64,000 nucleotides of DNA from Vitrella brassicaformis CCMP3155. Taxonomy: Eukaryota > Protista > Chromerida. The notes below the pieces were generated by a model, which saw nothing but the letters and a program-made list of their open reading frames with translations, ran no database searches and was not told where the DNA came from. The position numbers were made by a program, and so were the translations under genes. This document shows positions 13,501 through 24,093 of this stretch, piece by piece; within the stretch, counting starts at the first letter, position 1; the number at the start of each line of letters is the position of its first letter. The stretch is taken from assembly GCA_001179505.1 (NCBI GenBank), contig CDMY01000234.1, forward strand, positions 1 to 64,000, written 5' to 3'.

Positions 13501-15916
13501 ACGAGCAGCACACACACACACCATCCCGTGTGTCTGTGTGTGTGTGTTGCCTTCCTCCGTGTGTGCGCGTGTGCAGGTATTACTCTGAGCGGGAAGACGC
13601 CGTATCTGTCCCTGCCCACCACCGACAACCCTGCTATGCACGACGTCTTGGCAGAGTCCCCCTTTACACACACAGACGCACACACACACTCCACGGATGG
13701 ATGGATGGCGTCTCGTTGTGTGTGTGGAGAGGGGACCCCTCACTCCCTCCCTCCCCCCGAACCCAGCCACTCTCCTCCCTCCCTCACCCACCTCAGTGAT
13801 GATGAGGGTGCACTGCTCGGCGTATCGGCCGCCAGCGTCGTTGGCGTCCTCCAACTTAGGAATGCCTGCACACACACAAAGGGAGAGAGAGGAGAGTGGG
13901 GGAGTGGGAGAGTGGGGGAGTGGGCATGTCACACACGGATGAGTGAGTGCTGGTGTGCGTGTGTGTGGCTGGCTGGCTGGCTGGCTGACCGACCGGTGAG
14001 TTGCTTCTGTCCCTTGGTGCCGCCGGTCTTCATCTTGCGCTGCAGATCTAAGGTCTTCTTGCCCTCGGCCTGCAAACAGACACAGACACACACACACACA
14101 CACACACACAGCCGCATGGGAGGGTCGGTGAGTGAGTGTGTGTGTGTGTGTTGTGTAGGTGTGCACTGCAGCCGTACGTACCCAGAGGAGGACGTTGTCG
14201 ACGATGCCCGAGTTGCAGACCTGCTTGAGGGCCTTGTCAGAGATGGTGAAGGTCGAACCGAACTTGGCAGGCTTGGTCGTCAACGTCTCCTGCACACACA
14301 CAGACAGAGAGAGAGGTGTGAGCACCTGAGGCGCGTGCGTGTGCGTGTGTGTGTGTTGGGTGTGTTCGTTGCCTTGATTTGCGAGTCGAATGCAGGGTTC
14401 TCGATGAGGCAGTTGATGAACACCCACAGGTGGTTCCTGCCACACACACACAGTGGCAGCGATGGCTGTGCCCTCTGTCTGTCTGCCTGTCTGTCTCTGG
14501 GTGTTTGTGGGTGTGATTGCGTACTTGATGTGCATATTCTTGACCTCAACCCCGTTCTTGTTCTTCTGCGACACCTGCACACACACATCGACACACACAC
14601 ACACACAGAGAGAGAGAGAGGGGAGAGAGAGAGAGAGAGGAGTGTGGATCTGCCACCGCACAGACCGACAGGCGCACCCACCTTCTTGGAGATGGCTGTG
14701 CAGAGCTGGTCCACCACGTAGGCCACGTGCGTGCCGCCCTTGATGGTGGCGATGCTGTTGACGAACGACACCTGGCCGAACGAACCCTCTGATAGACACC
14801 ATCCACCCACACCCACACACCCACCCACACACAAGGGGAGATACAGGAGTGCAGACATTCGGCGGAGTGGTGGGTGGTGTGTGTGTGTGTGTGTGTGTAT
14901 ACTCACCTGAGAGGGTGACGACGACCTCCCACCTCGGGCCCTTCTCGTGGATCTTGGGCAACTCAGCCTGCCTGCATCCAGCATCCACACAGCAACTTAG
15001 CAGCCGCCAGGTGATATTCGTCCATCCATCCATGTGTGTAAGTGTGCAGTGTGGTGTGGTGTGGTGTGGTGTGCGCTATGCGGCGGCTCGGTCGGTCGCT
15101 CGGTCGCTCACTTCTCGGGAATGTACTTGTCGACGTACTCCTGGAACGAGCTGCACTTGAGCTTGGTCTTGTTCAGGTACACCTTCACACACACACACAC
15201 CCACACACACACTGTGTGTGGGGTGGGTCGGTTGTGTTGTGTGTTTGCTGTGCTGACGGGAGGCCGACCTTGAGATTGCCAGCGTGAACCCCCGCTACGT
15301 CCCACACACGCTTGGTCATCAACGACAGCACATCGTCGTCCAGCCTAAGCATCACCCCCACAACCACACCACACCCACCGCAACCACAACACGTCTGAGT
15401 GTGTGTCTGTGTGTCTGTGGTGTGTGTGGTCTCTGCAGGGCTGGCTGGTTGGATGGCTGTTTACTTACTTGGTCATGTTGAACTTTTTGAGGTCCGGTTT
15501 GTACGTCACGAGCACAAAGTCCTTCTCCTCGTCGGTGTCCTCGATCTCCGGCTCGCTGTGCTTGGTCATGTTGTCTGTCCACGTCATCTTGAACCGCCTG
15601 ACACACACACACACACACACACACATCCGCCCTCTCCTCTCCCCCGCCCAGCCCTGCATCCCACTCCCTCCCACTCCCTCCCTCAGTGACCGTCCGTTTT
15701 TGGCGTCGAGGCACTCGACGGTGAATTCGGTGGAGAAGACGTTGGTGAGTTTGGCGCCGTAGCCGTTGCGGCCGCCTGTGACGCGTTTCTCGGTGTCGTC
15801 GTAGTTGTCCGAGGTCAGGAGGTGGCCGAAGATGAGCTCGGGGACGTACATCTGGTGCTCCCTGTGGATCTCTACCGGGATGCCGCGGCCGTCATTCCAG
15901 ACCTTAGGGAGGGAGG

Positions 15917-15947
<31 letters not shown>

Positions 15948-16545
15948 TCAAGAGCGGCAGAGTTGGGTGACACATTGGCACACGTCTGTGTGAGGAGGGG
16001 GTGGGGTTCCCTGTGTGTGTACCCCACCGAGATGGTGTTCTTGGCTGCGTCGATGTTGACCCTGATGGCCGTCATCTTCATCCTGTCAGTACCTGACACA
16101 CAGCACATGTCATGCCACACACAACACTGACTGCATCCGACCCGACTGCCGCACTCGAGTCGGTGGGTGCGTACGCTGCACGTTGTCCGCCGCATTGACC
16201 AAGATCTCATCTGCACCACCAAAACACACCACATCACAACAGACCACAACACACCACAACACAACACACCATAACACACCACAGCAACACACACACATGA
16301 CACACTCATCCATGTGTACCCATTTCCCGGCAGATCTGCCCTCCCCTTCCCCTACCGAAGATCTTGTAGATGCCGGGGACGTAGTCGATGTTGCGATAGA
16401 CCATCTTGTCCTTGGTAGCGTCGTAGACCCACATCTGCTGCTGGTGGTGCTCGTTGCTGCCCACATAGGTGTCGGGCCGCAGCAGGATGTGCTCTATGGG
16501 GGTCTTCTTCTGGTACCGCTCCTCTATGCTCTTCTCCTTCGGCAT
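6512..16545 (-). CDS. TOP2: DNA topoisomerase II (type IIA, eukaryotic), more than 35 exons, with a long low-complexity C-terminal domain
   Basis: Spliced translation gives EHILLRPDTYVGS, GGRNGYGAKLTNVFS (GHKL ATPase), TIKGGTHV, PKLEDANDAGG, ITEGDSAK, GVFPLRGKMLNVRE, IMTDQDTDGSHIKGLLIN, YKGLGTST, DGWKPGQRKVLF, AYHHGEASL, SAPRYIFT (catalytic Tyr) and VLVNGCDGIGTGWS. ATG is at 16545. The terminal exon DFEG* spans 6526-6512. Confidence 0.98.
6527..16300 (-). repeat. Dense (CA)n/(GA)n/(CT)n/(TG)n and TGGA/CAGA/GGCT microsatellites confined to introns
   Basis: Directly visible in nearly every TOP2 intron, and also in introns of the PIG-T, HPRT, opine dehydrogenase and coiled-coil genes. Confidence 0.95.
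8286..8585. other. Assembly gap (300 N) inside a TOP2 intron, bordered by a poly-G run
   Basis: Run of N in the sequence. Confidence 1.
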
Positions 16546-16981
16546 ACTCACTGACCAACACCAATACCTACACGCCTCAGCAGCTGAGGGGAGGACCTCC
16601 CTGCACCCGCACCCGACGGAGGGAGGGAGGAGGGCGAACGCGAATGCCGCTCGCCGTCTCTTTTCAACGATGGGAATGAATCAGCTCATCGCAGAGGGCG
16701 TCAAGCCGCTCTCATCTCACGCCCAGTGACGGCTGCCAAAGATGATTCAAGAGTTTACCCGATCGCTTGGCGGCACGCACCCTCCCGCCATGCTCTTTTG
16801 TTTCTGCCAGTGAGCTCCAGAACGATGACATGCCGGAAGCTCTGCGAGATCTGCCACCCTCTCTGTATTCATTCATTCAGCTGAGTAAGATCTCGTTCGT
16901 GGCCGACCAGTCAGTGGGCGGCAGGGCCTGCCTGCCCAGATCTGCAGATGATGGGGGCCCTCTTTGCGTGAGTGAGCCGTC
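16546..16981. promoter_or_regulatory. Probable bidirectional promoter/5' UTR region between TOP2 and the plastid-leader gene
   Basis: 436 bp separate the divergent start codons at 16545 (-) and 16982 (+). Inferred from gene geometry only. Confidence 0.5.
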
Positions 16982-17980
16982 ATGATCTTCTGGCTTTCGG
17001 CTGTCGTCCTCACCTCGTCCACCCTGCTGCTGCCGACCACCGCCTTCTCCCCCTCCCTCTTCCTCACAGGCCTCGCACCGCTCGACAGACGGAAGCAGCG
17101 CCACTGCGTCCTGAACTCAGCACCCGACACACAGCAAGGCGCTGCTGCTTATTATGAGGTGGGTGCGCCTCCGCTGCTGGGGGAAGGGGACGTTGTGGAG
17201 TACTGGTGTGGTGACGACGGCGAGAGGGTGCTGGGGCTGGGTGTGGTGACGGCGAGTGGGGTGATTCTGCCTTTGTGCAGGCGAGAGGGCAACGACGCCG
17301 GCGAGTTTTTTGTGGTATATGAAGCCACGCCGCTGCCTCTGCGGGAGGGCGAGGGCGAGGCGAGGGTCCACCGGGTGCTGTCTGAGGTCTTCTGCAGCCA
17401 GCGACAGATCGGCGGCGGCAGCGGCCCTGGCAACCCGGTCAGTACTCAAGCTGTTGACTTAGACGCACAGACAGAGCATTGTGACTGGCTGATTCTCATT
17501 CTCCCCCCCCCCCCCNNNNNNNNNNNNNNNNNNNNNNNNNNNNNNNNNNNNNNNNNNNNNNNNNNNNNNNNNNNNNNNNNNNNNNNNNNNNNNNNNNNNN
17601 NNNNNNNNNNNNNNNNNNNNNNNNNNNNNNNNNNNNNNNNNNNNNNNNNNNNNNNNNNNNNNNNNNNNNNNNNNNNNNNNNNNNNNNNNNNNNNNNNNNN
17701 NNNNNNNNNNNNNNNNNNNNNNNNNNNNNNNNNNNNNNNNNNNNNNNNNNNNNNNNNNNNNNNNNNNNNNNNNNNNNNNNNNNNNNNNNNNNNNNNNNNN
17801 NNNNNNNNNNNNNNNCCCCCCCCCCCCCTCTCTCTCTCTCTGTGTGTGTGTGTGTGTCCTCCTCCCTCTGTGTGTGTGGTGCAGCATGGTGAGGAGGCGG
17901 AGGACTGTTATCTGATTGAGGAGCCCCTCTCGGATGGGGTCGCCGTCGAGACGAGGCCAGACGATCACATGCTCCCATGA
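16982..17980 (+). CDS. Uncharacterised protein with a bipartite (signal peptide + transit-like) leader, probably plastid-targeted; 2 exons
   Basis: MIFWLSAVVLTSSTLLLPTTA-FSPSLF is a hydrophobic signal followed by Phe at +1. Exon 1 (16982-17437, donor CCG|GTCAGT) joins exon 2 (17885-17980) to give SQRQIGGGSGPGNP-HGEEAEDCYLI. Confidence 0.75.
   Translation: MIFWLSAVVLTSSTLLLPTTAFSPSLFLTGLAPLDRRKQRHCVLNSAPDTQQGAAAYYEVGAPPLLGEGDVVEYWCGDDGERVLGLGVVTASGVILPLCRREGNDAGEFFVVYEATPLPLREGEGEARVHRVLSEVFCSQRQIGGGSGPGNPVSTQAVDLDAQTEHCDWLILILPPPPXXXXXXXXXXXXXXXXXXXXXXXXXXXXXXXXXXXXXXXXXXXXXXXXXXXXXXXXXXXXXXXXXXXXXXXXXXXXXXXXXXXXXXXXXXXXXXXXXXXXPPPPLSLSLCVCVCPPPSVCVVQHGEEAEDCYLIEEPLSDGVAVETRPDDHMLP
17516..17815. 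other. Assembly gap (300 N) in an intron, flanked by poly-C runs
   Basis: Run of N in the sequence. Confidence 1.
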
Positions 17981-18024
17981 CCATGAGAGGGGGAGGCGGG
18001 CAGGCAGGTGCCACTGGCTGTACA

Positions 18025-19790
18025 GTTAGTTGTCACTGGGGCTGTGTCGGTGCTGTTGCTGTCGTGTCACTGTGCACGCGGCGTCAGGGAGTTCTTTGAG
18101 AGCGGTCTCCATCCCCTGGATAAGGCGATGGAGGTTCCTCACGAAGAAGTCCGTGATCTCAAGCGCACAAGACGCGCAGCCAGACAGTCGGGCAGGAAGG
18201 ACATCTGTAGTTTAGGTCTTTATCGGCTTTGCTGAGAGAGAGTCTGTCGCGCGAGAGTGCGTGTGTGCGTGTCATGTGCTGACCACACGTAAGGGATGAT
18301 GTGTGCGGGCACTCAACGAAGGGCTGGTTGTGGTCGTCTTGTGTTTCCGTCTGTCGTCAGCCACCTCGGTTGTTTCAGCGTTCAATCAAGTAATAGGTTA
18401 TTCAACTAGGCCAGGGAAAAACTTTCTTTGCAGTCTCTCGGTCCGTCAGACTCTACCGTACGGCTCTTCCACACCACACCACACCACCCCTCCCTCTCTT
18501 TCAGAACTCACCAATCAGTCCAAACCACACACACACACACACTCACACACACTCACACACATGGACGCACCACGACGCCCACCCGGCGGCAGACGTCCCT
18601 TCGGGAAGAGCCACCCACTCCATTAGGCGCACAACCACACAGGCAGGCAGGCAGACAGGAAGACAGACTACAGGCAGGCAGAGAGGCAGAAAGGGCTGCC
18701 CTGTCTAGCGGATAGCGGCGCTCAGCTGAACACTCTGTGTTGCTGGGCTGCCGTCCGGGCGCCTGGCCTGTGGTCAGTCAGGGCAGTCAAGTCACTCGCT
18801 CACATGCAATGGCATTGGTCGACCGCTTCACTCCTTCCCTCCCTCCCTCTCGTACTAGCAGCAGCACTCACACACTGGGCCGTGTGACTGAATTCGCGAC
18901 TCTCTCTATCCAGGAGATCAATCAGGTCAGCTAGGAATGTGTGTGTGTGTGTGTGTGTGAGTGTGTGAAGCAGAGCGCCGTGCCGCTGCGTGTACCAGGT
19001 ACCAGTCAGGGCCAACAGCTGCACACTTACACGGCAGCGGAGGGGAGCGCACCGAGACCTGGCCTGCCTCGTATCGGCAGCCGGCCGCCCACCCCCATAT
19101 AGCCAACAATCTCGCGCACCCACACACACACCCTGGTCCGTGGACAGACAAAGGCAATATTGGTATTAGCATTAGCTGTGGAGATAAAAATCGTTGGCTC
19201 ACGCACACACACAGACATACAACGCACACATACGCCACGCCCAACCCACGCAGATCGACCGACACAAGAATGGGCCGCACCCACTCTGCCTCCCAAATGA
19301 GGACTGACTGTCTCCCAGACACACACAGCGTACACACACACACACACACATCACGTCCCACACACGCAGCCAACTTCTCCATGCCGCCCATCCGTCCATC
19401 CATCCACCACGAAAAATACCCACCCGCTCCCCCGTGTGCGATGTCATGTGGTGTGGTGTGTCCTCCCCTCCCCACGTGCAAGATGCACTCGGCCTGGGGC
19501 TAAGGAGGAACACAACACACACACAACAGTCACACCCACACATGACACAGACCCACACCCACACACGAAGTGCCCTCCCTCCCTCCCTCCCCGGCACTCA
19601 CAGATGCAGGCGACGCGACCGTGCTGCATCTCGTGAGCGAGCGCTATCCCTGTAACCATGTATGTATCTCACTCACTTCACCCAAACCACACACGCACAT
19701 TCCATTCACAGAGAGAAGGAAAGGACAAAAGTCACCGAGCCGCCCATGAAAGGAGCAAAAGGGGCGGTCGGTCGACTTGACACCGTTGTC
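18025..19790 (-). CDS. Possible multi-exon hypothetical gene (model incomplete)
   Basis: A series of minus-strand GTAAGT/GTGAGT donors and CAG/TAG acceptors chain into phase-compatible short exons, e.g. ...SPPLP-SDLIDLLDRESREFSHTAQC-RSTNAIA-CQAPGRQP, GIALAHEMQHGRVACI-SPGRVHLA, and a last exon ITDFFVRNLHRLIQGMETALKELPD...DN*. The full chain could not be closed. Confidence 0.3.
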
Positions 19791-21599
19791 AGTCTGCCTG
19801 TCTGTCTGCCTGCCTGTTCGTGTGGCTTTCGGCCGCTCATGGCTCCTCCCTCCCCAACTTCGCGTCAGTCCCAACGTGAGCAGGGGACTGGGGCGCTGTT
19901 GAGAGCTGGCACGCCATAACCGACCATCAACGGGTGGGACACAAACTAGCTAGAGTGAGTACCTAGCTAGAAGCTGGTCGGATGCTCTTCCTTCAGGTAA
20001 TCAGCTAGTGATAGTCAGAGTATACGCACGCACAATTCCATAGCAGATATGAATGTGTGTGATTGTGTGTGAGTGTCTGTGAGTGTGTGTGTGTGTGTCA
20101 ACACACGCACACTTGTACAGGCGTGGGCGAACCACTCTGGGACAGCCGAACGGACGAACGAACCAGTGAGAGTGAACAATTCATTCATCCATCCATCCAT
20201 CCAGCAGCCTTCCTGTCGATGGCCGTCGTGCAGGCAGCATCTCAGCGCCGCGCCCACCGAGGGGGCAGCACTCTCTCTGGCACCCCTTACAAGACCGAAG
20301 GAAGTCGAGAAGCTCTTAAGCTCTCCACATAGAAACGGCCACAACCCCATCTCAAAATCATCGCTGTGCTGAGACCCCAACCCCCACCACCAAACATTTT
20401 CCTGCTCTGCCTTGACTGGTGATGAAAGCTGCTGGAGCGATCTGGATGGATGGATGGATGAATGCGTGTGTGTGTCTGTCCGTTCGTTCGTTCGCTGCCC
20501 CCATGACATGAAAGGCAAAAACTCTCATTCTCACCACCACCACGTCACAGCCCAGACACAGCACTGCACCATGCACCGCACCCCGGCCAGCCCAGCGACC
20601 CCCTCTCACACCACCCTCACCCTCACCCCCACACACACAGATGCACCCACGCACGGGCCACGGACAATGTCATGAGCAATAACAGCTTTCGTTTTATTTA
20701 AAGGAGGTCAAAACGGCAGCACACACACACATACCTGGACGGGTTTCCCACCAGGCACAGGCACAGATCATCATCATTTTCATCATCATCTCAGACACAC
20801 CCCTCCCCTGCCCCCCTACCCTACAGCGTCCCCCTCTCCCACCCCTCCCCTCCCCTGTGTGTGTCTGGTCCGACTGACGGTATGGGTGGGCGGTGTCACG
20901 GCGCGTCCACTAGGGATGTGAGGTAGATAGATGCCGTCACGACCGCCACCCCACCACCACCACCAAGGACACTCACACACACATGCACACATTCACACAC
21001 ACCCTCACTCACTCCGCTTTGACGCCCCCTCTCCCTCCCTCTCTGTGTCCTTCCCTTCCTTGCTCACTCAGCGTCTCGCGCGGCACGATGCACGAGGAAT
21101 TGAAAGTCTGACTGGCCGGTACGTGGCCAGGACAGGCGAGGGATGAGATGAGATGAGATGGCAGGGAGGGCAGGGAGGGAGGGGAGAGGGACAAAAGAAG
21201 GCCGTTCCGGCACTCACTCGCGCACACACACGCATACGCAGTCACTCACACGGCACGAGAAAGCACCGATCGCACCGCACACCCCAGGCAAAAATCCCCA
21301 TCCTCTCCTCTCGTCTCGTCGTCTGGCTGGCTGGCCGACCGGCATCTCCGTCAAAACGCGGAGACACACACGCGTGTGGGTGGCTGGGCGGATCGGATCG
21401 TCTTGATTGATTCCTCTCTATGAGAGCATGCTCATTCAAACGAGCACCGCACCGCAGCCAGCCGTCCGTCCTCCCACACCACAACACACCCCCTGTGCAC
21501 CCAAAAATGGCACATTTCATTAACGTAGCGCAGCAGCAGCAGCCCAACGGAGAAACGTACCGCCACACAGAATGCATCAGCTGAATTGAATGCCCGTGA

Positions 21600-23733
21600 C
21601 TAGAACCGGCCCCCTCTCGTCGTCATTGCTTGCCTTGCCGTCCTCTGCTGGTGATAGGGGTATGGGAGCGTCTGATGCCCGCTGCCGCCCACTTGGCACT
21701 GCAGCACTCGCACGCCACCCTGTTGCTGACGGTGGTGCTGCTGCTGTTGCTGCTGCTGCCACCTGCCGCCCTTGGTGCACCGCGGCTGCATTCTCCTCGC
21801 AGAAGAGAGGACGGGGCGGGGCAGTAGGGCGCCGAAGGGAGGCACCATCCCACCGTGGCCATCGGACAGCCCGTCGAAGCCGCTCTCACTGCTGGTGATG
21901 CTCTTGGGGCTGTCGCTGCCTGACGACGACGACCGGCCGCTGCTCCCGCTGACGTCAGACACGCCGAGCGCGTGTGTGAACCTTGTGGATCCCGTCGAGT
22001 TGGAGGCCTTTTCGTCTGCATCGCTGTCTGCTTCTTTGGCTGACGGTGGGAAGTGGGTGGGGAGGGAGGGGGGAAGGGGAGGTGACGGCAGCGACGCGGG
22101 AGACGATGACGATGACGCCGATGTGGATGTGGCTGTGGATGTCGTGGAGGAGGGTGTGTCTGAGAGGAGGGCCGGCGTGAAGCATGTCCAGAAGTTCCAG
22201 GTGAGCTGCGCGTTGGCGGGGGTCCAGTAGCCGGACGGCAGGGACGCAACCTGACGACAAGACACCAAACACAACACACACGTGAGGCAGCTGCGGCATT
22301 TGGTTTGGTCAAGTACAGCTATGGCCGATGGATAGATCGCCGACCTACCTTGCTGTCGACTGGCAGGGGTGTGAATTTGTCGAGTACGCGGAACCTCGTG
22401 GACTGGACGATGACGTGGTTGCGGCGGTTGACCGACACGCGGCACACGTCGCGGAGCTCCTCAGACAAGAGGAAGTCGCTCATCTTGGTGTACCCATACA
22501 CAGTCGGGTCGATCCGCTTGTTGTATCTGACCACATACCATACCACATGTCACAGAACAACACGGCATCCACACACACAGATATGCTCGTATCGGTCACA
22601 TGGACTCACTCACAGACGCATGCACCTGGCAGAGAACTCCCTGTTGAGTCTTGAGAGTATGACCCCATTCGGCCTCTCGTCGAGGAGGTCCTTGATCTGC
22701 TCGCGCAGCCCGGAAATGTCCTTGGTGTTGGGGAGGGGTGCCTGAGTCTGTGTCTGGGGGGTGGGCAGGGGGTGCGGGTGCACCTCCTCCTTGACAGGCT
22801 TGGACACCGCTGCGCACGCCGCCTTGCGAACCGCTGCCACCGGTTGCAACACGCTGAGACCACACACAGACAAGGAGAGCAATCAGGTGAGGTGGGAGGG
22901 GTGCATGGTTGTCAGTCAGAAGTGCTGCTGACCTTCGTTCGTAAGCGAGTATGCCTCGTGAGATGGCGAGTTGGACGAGGTGGCAGACCTGCCCGAGGGT
23001 GAGGTGCTGCAGGAAGGACAGCTGCTGCCGGTACAGCTCCATTGCCATGCCATAGCGACCGCCCTTGAACTGGTAACGACCTGAGAAGAGAACCACACGC
23101 CCCCACGAAGACGGAACATCGACGTGTGTCGTCATTCCCCCTCCCAATGTGCTGTGAGTGAGTCTTGTGCCTCGGCTCTCACTCACCGAGGTTAGGACAT
23201 TCGGGTCTCTTGCCACTGTTGGTGGTCTGCATGAGGACTGCAATGTGCCCCAGGAAGCCCTGCCACACCTCCTCGGGGTAGGGGTCGTCTGAACTGTTCG
23301 GATCAATCCAACCCTCAAACAACTCTAAATGACACACACACAACACAACACATCATGCCATCCGATGCCATGCCACCCCGCACACACAGAAAGGACCTCA
23401 CCCCCCACCCTCCTTCCTTGACGCACCTGGCTCCTTCTTGAACATGACCACAGGGCTGCCTTCATTGTACAGCACCGAGTACTCGGGCAGTGTCTCATAC
23501 AGCCTCAGGAAGTTCTGCTGCAGGTGTTCGCTCGCCCCGTTCTCCTGCAGCCGCCGCAACACGTCGGGCTCGTGCGGCCGTATCTGGTCCTGGTACAGCG
23601 ACAGAAGCGCCTGACCCAGCACCTCTCGCTCCTCGTCAGAGGCCGGCTGAGCCTGCCATGTGACGCACTGCTGGGCGGCAGTCACGGCCGCCGTGGCGGG
23701 GAGGGTCACGCAAGGAGGCAGTGCAGGAGCCAT
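21600..23733 (-). CDS. OST-HTH/LOTUS domain protein with an OST-HTH-associated (OHA) domain and a Ser/Gln-rich disordered tail
   Basis: Exons encode GWIDPNSSDDPYPEEVWQGF, FKGGRYGMAMELYRQQLSFLQHLTLGQVCHLVQLAISRGILAY (OHA-like) and LREQIKDLLDERPNGVILSRLNREFSARYNKRIDPTVYGYTKMSDFLLSEELRDVCRV (LOTUS-like winged helix). The 5' end is uncertain. Confidence 0.85.
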
Positions 23734-24093
23734 CTTCTCTTCTATAGCGATGATATCTGAGCGCCGAGTCTGTTGGCAGTAGGGGCTGTGTGTCAAACCT
23801 GCCGTCAGTGCGTTCAGCAGGTCAGCGGCGGGTGAGATCGCGCCGCGCGGAGGGAGATCTCGCCGAGTGGGCGGCTGGCAGGCCCAAGGTCGCCCGACTG
23901 GACCACCTCGGGGGGGAAGAAGGGAAGCAGCAGTGACGAATGCGCCAGATCAGCCAGATTCTCGACGCGAGTCAGTGAATTCCAGTGATGTCGCGATTCT
24001 CGCCTGCCTTGATTCTGAGACGGCGCGAGCCCCCCCCCCCCTCCTCCAGACGACGGATTCTGATCAAAACCCCCCTTTTCGGATCTTGTCACC

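Noticed and set aside
6500-16300. Dozens of ORF-track entries rich in CVCVCV, THTHTH, LSLSLS or RERERE
   Set aside because: They are translations of intronic dinucleotide microsatellites and antisense frames of TOP2 exons, not genes.
18900-19640. Plus-strand fragments (ETWPASY, DALGL, DAGDATVLHL) resembling a UBL3/MUB ubiquitin-like protein
   Set aside because: No phase-compatible splice chain could be built, and minus-strand splice signals explain the region better.
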